DNA of 63,603 nt. It comes from Candidatus Woesearchaeota archaeon. GTDB taxonomy: Archaea > Nanobdellota > Nanobdellia > Woesearchaeales > JAWBMQ01. Below the pieces are notes generated by a model. The model saw only the letters and a list, made by a program, of their open reading frames with translations, had not been told where the DNA came from and did no database searches. Where the stretch lies: NCBI GenBank assembly GCA_038828875.1, contig JAWBMQ010000003.1, positions 1 to 63,603 on the forward strand. The letters are read 5' to 3'. How positions within the stretch are numbered: the stretch's first letter is position 1; the number at the start of each line of letters is the position of its first letter. Of the stretch, positions 52,682 to 62,300 are shown piece by piece. A program made the position numbers and the translations under genes.

Positions 52682-53254
52682 ATGTTCAACATTTTTGAAA
52701 AGAAAATAACTGTTTTTTCAGACTTTGATGGTACATTAATTAAAGAACAATCAGGCTTTATGTTAGTTTTTTCTTACATCATCGAAAAGAAAAAAGAAAA
52801 AAGTAAAAGAATTAAAGAAGGATTTAAACATTTTCTAAAATACATTTTTGACAGAAACAATTCGCACTTAGCTGAATTTGTAAAAGATATTGATGAAAAA
52901 ACTTTGATCTCTGTTGCTAAAAAACTTCATTTCAAGCAAAAATGGTTTGAAAACATTGAAGAAATAAAGAAAAAGTATAATGTCAATTCAGTAAACGTAA
53001 TTATTGTTTCAAGAAACTTGAAAGAATTGATCGAGATTTTCATAAAATTAAACAAAGAAGAATTAGATAAAAGAAAAATTAAAATTGTTAAAGTAATTGC
53101 AAACACCACAAAGAAAAGATTTCTAATTTTTAAGAATAAAGTTGTACAAAATAATAATAAATTTGAATTCTTGAAAGGAAAAGAAATTATTTATTTAGGC
53201 GATGCTGATGATAAATATCTCAAAGATATTGTAGATGAATTTTTTGAATGCTAA
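52682..53254 (+). CDS. HAD-superfamily hydrolase-like protein
   Basis: Motif I VFSDFDGTL and the distal YLGDADDKY. Confidence 0.55.
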   Translation: MFNIFEKKITVFSDFDGTLIKEQSGFMLVFSYIIEKKKEKSKRIKEGFKHFLKYIFDRNNSHLAEFVKDIDEKTLISVAKKLHFKQKWFENIEEIKKKYNVNSVNVIIVSRNLKELIEIFIKLNKEELDKRKIKIVKVIANTTKKRFLIFKNKVVQNNNKFEFLKGKEIIYLGDADDKYLKDIVDEFFEC

Positions 53255-53281
53255 AATAAAAAAAGAATATTAAAAGAATTT

Positions 53282-54019
53282 TTAATCTATGTTAGCTCTT
53301 GGAGCTAATATGAAAACTAGAGAAATTGTATCTAAAAGATTATACTCTAACCTTAAAGGATAATCGTTATCATACTTTATTATAACTTCGTCACTGATCT
53401 TTTCACCTTTTATCATTCTGCTTAAATACTCTATGCTATAACTTGCTTTGTACGTTGCTTTATCGTCATCTAAAATCATTTTTAAATTATTGAACTCAGT
53501 CTTTTGACTGCTTAAATCTCCTTTAGCTTCAACAGTAAACAATCCTTTTTTTGCAATGAATGTAACTGAATCTGAAACAATAGAACAATCTTCAATAGCA
53601 TCTTTTAACATTTCTGAATTAATTTGTAAAGTTAAAGGAAAACTCAATTCAGGAACTTTTCTTGTTTCTTCTTCTAAGGAAAGTAAAGGCACTACGAACG
53701 TCCTTTTTGCATCTCCGACAATTTCAATCTTTAATTTTTCATCTTGGGTTTTTTCAAAAACAACACTTTCTTTTTTAACTCTTTTCAAAATTTGTTTTAA
53801 ATAGTTCAAATTTAAAGACAAGGTTTCTTCTTTCTTAACATCATAAGTAGAGAATGAAGTTCTCATGATTTTCAAAATTACCATTGAAACAACTCCTGGA
53901 TCCATAGCAACTAATTCCATATAATCTTCCTTGATTGTAAATGTTGCTTCTGTCACAAGTTCAGAAATAATCTCTATAGCACTTCTCAAAGGAGTCACAT
54001 CTTTCATTTCTAATTTCAT
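53282..54019 (-). CDS. pcn: DNA polymerase sliding clamp PCNA
   Basis: 245 aa. LRSAIEIISELVTEATF..., a two-domain repeat, and the C-terminal FILAPRA. Confidence 0.9.
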   Translation of the reverse strand: MKLEMKDVTPLRSAIEIISELVTEATFTIKEDYMELVAMDPGVVSMVILKIMRTSFSTYDVKKEETLSLNLNYLKQILKRVKKESVVFEKTQDEKLKIEIVGDAKRTFVVPLLSLEEETRKVPELSFPLTLQINSEMLKDAIEDCSIVSDSVTFIAKKGLFTVEAKGDLSSQKTEFNNLKMILDDDKATYKASYSIEYLSRMIKGEKISDEVIIKYDNDYPLRLEYNLLDTISLVFILAPRANID

Positions 54020-54094
54020 TTTTTCACCTCTAATTATTTTCAGTTAATTAATAATTATTGAAAAAAGGAATTATTTTGTGATTTAAAAAATCTT

Positions 54095-54805
54095 CTATTT
54101 ATTATTTGAATTTTCTTGATTAAATATAATGAAAGATAATCTACCTCTGCGTTCTCTTCGAATAATACCTTTTCTTTCTAATGATGATAAATATGTTGAT
54201 AATGTTGATGCTTTCCTCTTATCTCCTTTATAAACTTCATCAAGCAATGCTGAAACAGGAATATATTGACCATATTCGTTTGATAATTGTAAAAGGAAAG
54301 AAACGATCTGTTGTTCTGGAACTGATAAATTTACATTATCTGCATCAGAAATTGTTGTTTTTTCATCTTCAATATATGCTGAAAGTTTTTCATTAATCTT
54401 TTTATCTATAATTTCATCAAGCTGAGAATTTAATTTTATTAGTTTCTCAATATCTTCTTTCAACTTTAATTCAAACTTAACAACATCAACCAACTTTTCT
54501 ACGTAAAGGTTCATTGTATTTTTTAAATTGATCACTTCTTCCTTAAGAGATTCTATTTCCTTGTTTAATTGATTGATATTAGCATGATGAGTAGAATGCA
54601 TTTGATTGTACTTACTTATGGCTTCACTGTAATGTTGAATAAGATTTGATAATTTTTCTGATGTAGCATTAATTGATTTTTTGAAAAAATTATGTTCGTA
54701 AAGAATTGCATTTATTTTCAAATCTAATTTATTCATATCCTCTTTTACCTTCTTAAAAGATTCTTTAATCTTCTCATCACTATCTCTCTTAAATAAACCC
54801 CACAT
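54095..54805 (-). CDS. Coiled-coil protein with C-terminal wHTH
   Basis: About 150 aa of heptad coiled coil, then EQQIVSFLLQLS...STLSTYLSSLERKGIIRRERRGRLSFI (wHTH). Confidence 0.5.
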   Translation of the reverse strand: MWGLFKRDSDEKIKESFKKVKEDMNKLDLKINAILYEHNFFKKSINATSEKLSNLIQHYSEAISKYNQMHSTHHANINQLNKEIESLKEEVINLKNTMNLYVEKLVDVVKFELKLKEDIEKLIKLNSQLDEIIDKKINEKLSAYIEDEKTTISDADNVNLSVPEQQIVSFLLQLSNEYGQYIPVSALLDEVYKGDKRKASTLSTYLSSLERKGIIRRERRGRLSFIIFNQENSNNK

Positions 54806-54852
54806 TATCTATTAATCTGATATTTTCTTTTATAAAATTTTTTAATTTTTTC

Positions 54853-55497
54853 TTAATGAAGCAACTTTTTGTAAATCAATGAAAGAATTTCTTTGAACTT
54901 CAACGCATTAAAATATTGATTTTTTCTTCTTGATGCCCAATAATAATAACTTTCTAGATTTTTTGCTAAAGAATCTTGCATACAAACATCAAAAATTTCT
55001 GCTTGTAAATTATCTTTAATCTTTTCTTCATTATAGCCTCTTTTTTCTAAGCGCATTCTAAGCTCTTTCAAATCACATTTAGTAACTATTACTAAATCAG
55101 GATTTAATTCATAACTTAAATGAGAATCAACAAGAATAATATCAGTATTTGCTAATTCCTTAGATTTTATATATTTAGAAAAATTTTTTCTCATTATATA
55201 TACATCCACGATGTTTGAATCATATTTTTTGTCATAATAAAGCACAGATTCTGTTTTTTCTAAAAGCTCATCTTGAAGCATTAACTTTACTTTAACTTTT
55301 TTAGATAATTTTTCATAAAGTTTTTTTGCTAATGTCGTTTTTCCTGTTCCTGGAGTTCCAGTTATTGCAATTACAAAAGGTCTTACTTTTTGTTTTTTTT
55401 CAGCATTTTTAATATTTTTTTCAGCTATTTTTTTCTTTCTTAATTCTTTTGTTTTTTTGATTTCTTTCTTCTGAATTTTAATGTTTGATTTTTTCAT
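54853..55497 (-). CDS. Adenylate kinase 6 / Fap7-like NTPase with Lys-rich N-terminal extension
   Basis: IAITGTPGTGKTTLAKKL, VDSHLS and LRMRLEKRGYNEEKIKDNLQAEIFDVC. The first 38 aa or so are K/E-rich. Confidence 0.75.
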   Translation of the reverse strand: MKKSNIKIQKKEIKKTKELRKKKIAEKNIKNAEKKQKVRPFVIAITGTPGTGKTTLAKKLYEKLSKKVKVKLMLQDELLEKTESVLYYDKKYDSNIVDVYIMRKNFSKYIKSKELANTDIILVDSHLSYELNPDLVIVTKCDLKELRMRLEKRGYNEEKIKDNLQAEIFDVCMQDSLAKNLESYYYWASRRKNQYFNALKFKEILSLIYKKLLH

Positions 55498-55604
55498 TTT
55501 TCATTTTTACTTTTTTTATTTTTTATATGGTTTTTCATTTTTTAGCGAATTTTTTGACTTTTTTCCTAAGTTTTGAATTATTTATAAATTTATATACTTT
55601 AGAA

Positions 55605-55727
55605 TAATATTTCGAAATTATTCAAGAGTAGTAATGAAATATTCAATGAAATATTCATAATTATTCAATAGTAGTAACGAAATATTCATGAAATATTCAT
55701 GAAATATTCGAAATATTTCATTGAAAT
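55605..55727. repeat. Iteron-like array of GAAAT(T)ATTC motifs, including two tandem 43-nt units
   Basis: The units at 55616-55658 and 55659-55701 differ by 2 substitutions and a 1-nt indel. Exact GAAATATTC occurs at 55636, 55648, 55679, 55690 and 55701. The palindrome GAAATATTTC is at 55710. Variant or inverted copies are at 55605, 55614 and 55659. Confidence 0.8.
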
Positions 55728-55740
55728 TTTAAAAAAGAAT

Positions 55741-55990
55741 TGAAAATATGAAACAAGGAAAGAAATTGAACAAAAAGCTAAAAAACGCACGAAAAAAGGA
55801 AAAAATGAAAAAATGAAAAAAGAACTAAATTTCAAAAAAAAGAGTTGAAAATTAAAAAAATAAATTAAAAAAATTCACAAAAAACTTGAAAAAATAAGAA
55901 AAATTAAGAAAGAACTCAAAAAAACTAAAAAAAAAGAAAAAAGTAAGTAAAAAAGTAAGAGAACATTCTAAGAAAGAATAAAAAATTAAA
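55741..55990 (+). repeat. Strand-asymmetric A/G-rich low-complexity tract (non-coding)
   Basis: Roughly 80% purine on the + strand by eye. No ORF of 60 aa or more in any frame. It mirrors the T-rich stretch at 55380-55600. Confidence 0.6.
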
Positions 55991-56016
55991 ATTATGCAAC
56001 GGAAAAAGAATTTGAA

Positions 56017-56089
56017 TGGGTTCGCGGGGATTCGAACCCCGGACCTTTACCTTATCAGGGTAACGCGCTACCAGCTGCGCCACGAACCC
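56017..56089 (-). tRNA. tRNA-Ile (anticodon GAU)
   Basis: The reverse complement folds with acceptor GGGTTCG/CGAACCC, D arm GCGC-AGCTGGTA-GCGC, anticodon stem TTACC/GGTAA, loop CTGATAA, and T arm CGGGG-TTCGAAT-CCCCG. Confidence 0.9.
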
Positions 56090-56234
56090 ATATGTTTTAT
56101 TGAGAAATCAATTAATTTAAAAATATTTTTTTCTTGATGTTCAAAACAAAAATATTATATATTAGTGCTTTAATTAAAGAAAAAAATTTTAAAAGAAGCG
56201 TTTTATTTGAATTTATTTTGCTAAGGTGAAAATT

Positions 56235-59120
56235 ATGAATTTCATAGAAATTGAAAATGAAGTAAGAGAATTTTGGAAAAATAAGAAAATATATGAAAAA
56301 AGCGTTGAAATGAATAAAAACAAAAAGAGATTTGTTTACTTAGATGGTCCTCCCTACACTAACGGTGATATTCATCTAGGTCATGCTTGGGGAAAAGCTC
56401 TAAGAGATTCTATTATGAGATATAAACGCATGCAGGGTTTTGATGTTTACGATAGACCTGGATTTGATATGCATGGCTTACCTATTGAAGTTGAAGTAGA
56501 AAAAACTTTAGGAATAAAGAATAAGAAAGAAATTGAAAAATATGGCGTAGATCGATTTATAGAAACTTGCAAACAATTCGCTTTAGAAAAGATGTATCCT
56601 ATGATTGAACAATTCAAATTTATGGGCGTTTGGATGGATTGGGATAATCCTTATATGACAATAAGCAAGGAATACATTGAAAACATTTGGTTCTTGTTGA
56701 AAAAAGCTTACAACGAAGGTTTACTTTACAAAGATAAAGCAACCATGACTTGGTGTCCAAGATGTGAAACAGCATTAGCTAAGCATGAGTTAGAATATAA
56801 AACAGTAGAAGATAATTCAATATATGTTAAATTTCCTTTGCGAAATGAAAAAGATACATATTTAATAATTTGGACTACAACTCCTTGGACTTTGCCTTTC
56901 AACTTAGCTGTAATGGCTCATCCTGATTTTGATTACATAAAAGCTAAAGTTTTCTTTGATGATCATTTTGAATATTGGATTCTTGCTGAAGGAATGTCAG
57001 TAGGTGTTATAAATGCCGTAGCTGGTAGAAAGTTTGAAATTGTTGAAAAATTCAAAGGAGAAGAACTATTCAGAAGAAGAATAAAATATTATCCTCCATT
57101 CTATGATTGGGAAGAAAGTAAAAAACACGATAATTTGGAATATGCATTCAGCGTAATTTTAAGTGAGAAATATGTAGATTTAAGCGCAGGATCTGGATTA
57201 GTTCACTGTGCACCAGGTTGTGGTAAAGAAGATAATGAAGTTGGTAAGGAATTTGGATTACCTGCTTTCAATTTGGTAGATGAAGCTGGAAAATTTCCAA
57301 ATGGAATGTTTGAAGGATTAAAAGCAAAGGTTGATGATGTTAAATTTATTGAAAAATTGAAAGAAAAAAACTTATTAGTAGAAATTGTTCCTGTTGAGCA
57401 CGAGTATGCAAGCTGTTGGAGATGCAAAACTCCAATAATCTTCAGAGCTACAGAACAATGGTACTTAAAAGTTTCACCTTTAAGAGAGCTAGCAATTGAG
57501 GAAAATAAAAAAGTAAAATGGGTCCCAAGTTGGGGAGGAGAAAAAGCTTTCAATGCATGGTTAGAGAATTTGCAAGATTGGTGTATTAGCAGGCAAAGAT
57601 ATTGGGGAACTCCTTTGCCAATTTGGAGTTGTGAAAATGGACATGTTGAAGTTTTTGGAAGTGCAGAAGAACTTCAAGATAGAGCAGGCATTTTAGTAAA
57701 TGATTTGCATAAAGATAAATTAGATAATATTACATTTAAATGTAAGGTCTGTGGAAAAGAAATGAGAAGAACTCCTGATGTAATGGATGTTTGGCTTGAT
57801 TCAGGGGCTGCACCTTGGGGTGTTTTAGATTTTGTCAACAAAAAAGATTTCTTTTATGAACATTTTCCTGTAGATTTAATTCTTGAAGGAAAAGATCAAA
57901 TTCGAGGATGGTTTAATTCGTTGATGAATATGTCCATATTAACTGAAAAAAGAACTCCTTATAAAGCAGTTTACATGCATGGAATGATAAACGATGCTTT
58001 AGGAAGAAAGATGTCAAAATCTTTGAAAAATTACATTTATCCTAGAGAGGTTTTTGATAAATATGGAGTTGATGTATTTAGATTTTACTCTATTGGAGGT
58101 GCAGAAGCTGGCGAAAATTTAAATTACAATATGCAAGATGTTGAAACTAAAAGTAGAAATTTATTAATTTACTGGAACATTCATAAGTATCTTTTAACAT
58201 TGTTAGAACAACAAAAAGTAGATCTTTCTAATAATGAAGAATACATAATAAATCATTATCAAGAGTTAAGCATAGAAAGCAAATACATTGTAAATTTAGT
58301 AAACAAAAGCATTTTAGATGCAACTAATGCATTTGAAAACTATTTCATTTATAAGGTTCCATGGATTCTAGAAAATGCATTTTTAGAATTAAGCAAAACA
58401 TACATCCAAAGTATAAGAGAAATTGTAAATTCTGGCAGCGATGAAGAAAAAGAAGAAGTAATAAGAGTAATAGCATATTGTATAGATAAACTGAACATCG
58501 CTTTGGCTCCGTTGATTCCTTTCATTTCTGAAAAAGTATATCAAAATCTAAAGAATATTTTAAATTATTCTGAAGAAAGTGTCCATCTGAAAAAATGGCC
58601 TGAGGTAAAAATGAAAATTGATAATGAGTTAATAAACAATTTTTCAAACGCTATAAAGATAGTTAGCACAATTCAAAAAATCAGAGATAAAATAAAAAGA
58701 GGAATTAGATGGCCAATAAAAGAGGTTGTTTTTGAAAATATTACTTTAAATGATGAGATAGAAAAAATAATCAAAAATATGACTAACGTTAAGGAAATAA
58801 GATATGGTACAGTTAGTAATAATTACGAAATTGAAGAGTTTGAAAATGGAAAAATAGGAGTAAACACTGAGCTAACCAAAGAATTAATTATAGAGGGCTA
58901 CACTAGAGAAATCATCCGAAGAATTCAGAATGAAAGAAAGAATTTAGGATTACGAAAAACTGAAAAAATAAATCTTTATATTGATTGTGAGCAGGAAATA
59001 AATTTAGAAGATTTGAAAATCAAAACAGGTAGTAATTCAATTATAAAAGAAAAACATCCAAAAGCAAAAGAAATCACAATCAAAGAAGCAAAATTCTTTA
59101 TTTTTGTAGAAAAAGTTTAA
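56235..59120 (+). CDS. ileS: Isoleucyl-tRNA synthetase
   Basis: HIGH-type DIHLGHAWGK, KMSKS (GRKMSKSLKN), and a CP1 editing-domain pattern. ATG 56235 has AAGGTGA upstream. The ORF-track GTG start is 56226. Confidence 0.95.
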   Translation: MNFIEIENEVREFWKNKKIYEKSVEMNKNKKRFVYLDGPPYTNGDIHLGHAWGKALRDSIMRYKRMQGFDVYDRPGFDMHGLPIEVEVEKTLGIKNKKEIEKYGVDRFIETCKQFALEKMYPMIEQFKFMGVWMDWDNPYMTISKEYIENIWFLLKKAYNEGLLYKDKATMTWCPRCETALAKHELEYKTVEDNSIYVKFPLRNEKDTYLIIWTTTPWTLPFNLAVMAHPDFDYIKAKVFFDDHFEYWILAEGMSVGVINAVAGRKFEIVEKFKGEELFRRRIKYYPPFYDWEESKKHDNLEYAFSVILSEKYVDLSAGSGLVHCAPGCGKEDNEVGKEFGLPAFNLVDEAGKFPNGMFEGLKAKVDDVKFIEKLKEKNLLVEIVPVEHEYASCWRCKTPIIFRATEQWYLKVSPLRELAIEENKKVKWVPSWGGEKAFNAWLENLQDWCISRQRYWGTPLPIWSCENGHVEVFGSAEELQDRAGILVNDLHKDKLDNITFKCKVCGKEMRRTPDVMDVWLDSGAAPWGVLDFVNKKDFFYEHFPVDLILEGKDQIRGWFNSLMNMSILTEKRTPYKAVYMHGMINDALGRKMSKSLKNYIYPREVFDKYGVDVFRFYSIGGAEAGENLNYNMQDVETKSRNLLIYWNIHKYLLTLLEQQKVDLSNNEEYIINHYQELSIESKYIVNLVNKSILDATNAFENYFIYKVPWILENAFLELSKTYIQSIREIVNSGSDEEKEEVIRVIAYCIDKLNIALAPLIPFISEKVYQNLKNILNYSEESVHLKKWPEVKMKIDNELINNFSNAIKIVSTIQKIRDKIKRGIRWPIKEVVFENITLNDEIEKIIKNMTNVKEIRYGTVSNNYEIEEFENGKIGVNTELTKELIIEGYTREIIRRIQNERKNLGLRKTEKINLYIDCEQEINLEDLKIKTGSNSIIKEKHPKAKEITIKEAKFFIFVEKV

Positions 59121-59160
59121 AAGATCTTGATATTTTTATTTTTTATTTGGTGATTCAAAA

Positions 59161-59310
59161 ATGAAATGTGAAATATGCAAAAAAGATATTAAAAAAACAT
59201 ATTTAGATAAAATTGTAGGAACTGTTATTTATAAAAAAGGAAAAAGGTATTACATTTGCAACAGTTGCCAAAGAAAAATAGATAAGAAAGAGATTAAATT
59301 TGAAGCATAA
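59161..59310 (+). CDS. Possible small Zn-ribbon protein
   Basis: 49 aa, below the ORF-track cutoff: MKCEICKKDI...YYICNSCQRKI has two CxxC pairs and fills the ileS-smc gap. Confidence 0.45.
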   Translation: MKCEICKKDIKKTYLDKIVGTVIYKKGKRYYICNSCQRKIDKKEIKFEA

Positions 59311-59338
59311 TAAACATAATAACCACAATAAAGTTAAT

Positions 59339-59346
59339 TTTATAAA
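59339..59346 (+). promoter_or_regulatory. Putative TATA box (TTTATAAA) for smc
   Basis: Begins exactly 30 nt upstream of ATG 59369. No SD. Confidence 0.45.
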
Positions 59347-59368
59347 TAAAGATGCTTAGTTTTCTACT

Positions 59369-62300
59369 ATGGCAAAAATAATTAAACTAGAGCTAGAGGG
59401 CTTTAAATCCTTCGCAACGAAAACTACTTTTTATTTTCATCCAAAATTTAATGTAATAATTGGTGCTAACGGTAGTGGAAAAAGTAATGTCTTTGACGCA
59501 GTTTGCTTTGTCTTAGGAAAATCTTCTATGAAAGATATCCGTGCTGAAAATGCTAAAAGTTTAATCTATAATGGAGGTCAAAGTAAAAATCCTGCTAAAC
59601 AAGCAATTGTTTCTATGTATTTAGATAACAGCAAAAAAGAGATTCCTATAAACAGTGAAGTTATAAAAATAACAAGAATAGTTAGCCAAGATGGAACTAG
59701 CGTGTATAAGATAAACGATAAGAAAACTACTAGAAGAGAAATTTTAGAACTTTTAAATATAATTCATGTAAATCCAGATGGTTACAACATTGTTCTTCAA
59801 GGAGATATTGGAAAAATTGTAGAGATGTCAAGCATAGAACGAAGGCAAATTATCGAAGAACTTGCAGGAATAAGAATTTATGAAGAGAAGAAAGAGAAAG
59901 CAATTAATGAATTAGAAAAAGTAGAACAAACCATGAAAGATGCTGAAATAATCATCAACGAAAGAACTGAAAGGTTGAAAAATTTAGAACAAGAAAAAGT
60001 TCAAGCTGAAAAGTATTTGAAAATTGAAAGAGAAATTAAAATTCTTAATGCAAGCATCATTAGAAATGAATTGATAGAAATTGAAAATAAATTAAAAAAC
60101 GTTAATGAAAAAATCAAAAAGTTTAATGAAAAAATCAAAGAAAATGAAAAATTAATAGATGAATTGAAAAATGAGAAAGAAAATTATGTAAGAGAAGTCA
60201 ATGAAATTTCAGCAGAAATTGAATCAAAAAGCAACTTTGCAGATAGCGATTTGAGAAAAAGAATAGATGAATGTAAAATTAATCTTGAAAAAACAAAGCT
60301 ACAAAAAGAAAATTATGAAAAAGAATTGCAAAAAATAACTACAAAAAAGGAACAGCTAAAAAATTCTCTTAAAGAGCTTGATTCTAAAATCCAAATAAAT
60401 AAAGAAAATTTGAAGAAATTGAAAGAAGAGCTTCAAAATTATAATAAACAAAAAGAAAACATCGAAAAAGAAATTGCAAATTTAAAGAAAGAGTACAATT
60501 TTGAACAATTAAGCGAAATTGAGAACAAAATCCAAGAAATTGATTCTAATATAGAAAAATTGGAAGTTGAAACCAATGAACTAAAACAAAAACAAGCAGA
60601 ACTTATGAGAAAAAAAGATAGAATAGATTTTGAGCTTCAGAATTTAAAAAGTAGAATAGAACAATTGAAAGAAGAGCAAAAGAATCAAGAAAATTTAAAG
60701 AAAGAAATTGAAAAGAAAAAAGAACAATTCAAAAACATTACTTTAAAGTTGAACGATAAACTTACGCTAGATTCTAAGTATAGCAAAGAATTAAGCAACG
60801 CAAGAGAACAAAGTATAAGAATTGAACAAGAGTTGGGTAAATTAAGAGCTCAAGAAGCAGAAAAAATGCAACATTTGAAAAATCAAAGGTTGATAAAATT
60901 CATTGAAGAATTAAAACAAAAGATTAATGGAATTTATGGATTCGTTTCTGATTTAATTTCTGTAGAAGAAAAATACGCATTAGCAGTTGAGATTTCAGCA
61001 GGAAACAGATTAAATGGTATTGTTGTTGAAAACGAAGATGTTGCCTTAGAAATAATAAAAAAATTGAAAGAAGAAAAATTAGGAAGTGCTACATTTTTTC
61101 CATTGAACAAAATTAAACCTAATCCTAAAGTCGATATTTCTAAATACAAAAACATTTCAGGAGTTATTGATTTAATTGAAAATCTAATTGAATATGATCC
61201 TAAATTAAAGAACGTCATTAGCTATGTTTTTTCTAATACTCTGCTTATTGAAAATCCAGAAATTAGCAAAAAAGTAGGAATTGGAAATATAAGAATGGTA
61301 TCTTTAACAGGAGAACTTTTTGAAACTTCAGGAGTTATCCAAGGAGGATTCGTGCAAAGACAAAGCTCTGGCTTGCTCAATAAAGAAATTAAAAGTAAAA
61401 TAGAAAAACTAGAAAATGATTATCAAAATTATTTGATAGTAATAAAAGAATTAGAGCAAAAAAAACAACAAAATATTAACGAAATTTATGAATTAAGAAA
61501 AGAAAAAGCAGAACTTGAAGCTGAAATAATCAAACTTGAAAAATCAATAAGCAATGTGGAAATTCTTGATGATAAAGAATTAAAACAGAAGTTGTTTGAA
61601 ATTGAAAAGGAATTAGAACCCGTGAACAATCTATTGATAAAAAAATTACAAGAAATTGCAAAATTAAAAACAGAAAAACAAAAATTAAGGGAAAATTTAG
61701 CTAAAGCAAAAAGTCCTGAAGTTGTAGCACAACTTTCATCATTTGAAGAAAAAAGAAATCAAATAAAGCAAGAGATTATAAAGTTAGAAGAGCAGATAAA
61801 AAACAATGAAACTAATTTAAAGGAATATTTGCTTTTAGAATATGATGAAACCAAAAAATTAATAGACGAAGAAGAAAAAAATGAAAAAATGTTGAAAGAA
61901 AATATAAAGAATTTTGAAAATCAATTAAAAGTTTACGAAAAAGAGTTTAAAGAACTAAAAGAAAAAGAAGAAAACATCTATAGTGAATTCAAAGATTTGT
62001 TCAAAAAAAGACAAGAACTTGAAAATTTAATAAAAGAAATAGATATAAAAATATATGAAAAAGAATCTGAAAACCGAGAAATTGAAAAAGAAATAAATCT
62101 CATAGAATTAAACAATACAGAACAAAAAGCAAGATATGAAAGTTTAAAAGAAGAGTTACTAACTTACAATGTTGATGAATTTTACGAAGAAAGCAAAACA
62201 AAATTAAAAGATATGTTGAAAAAATATCAGGAGGAGTTAGAAGAATTAGGACAAGTTAATTTAAAAGCTATTGATGAATACAATGAACTGAAAAAGAATG

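Noticed and set aside
55605-55727. The repeat array considered as a CRISPR array or mobile-element terminus.
   Set aside because: There are only two 43-nt units with no unique spacers, and the 9-mers are contiguous. No cas, transposase or integrase genes are present, and no flanking target duplications were seen.
55741-55990. The A-rich tract considered as a Lys-rich protein gene or pseudogene.
   Set aside because: All frames are broken by frequent stops. The longest peptide I could read is about 22 aa (MKQGKKLNKKLKNARKKEKMKK). No ORF appears in the six-frame track.
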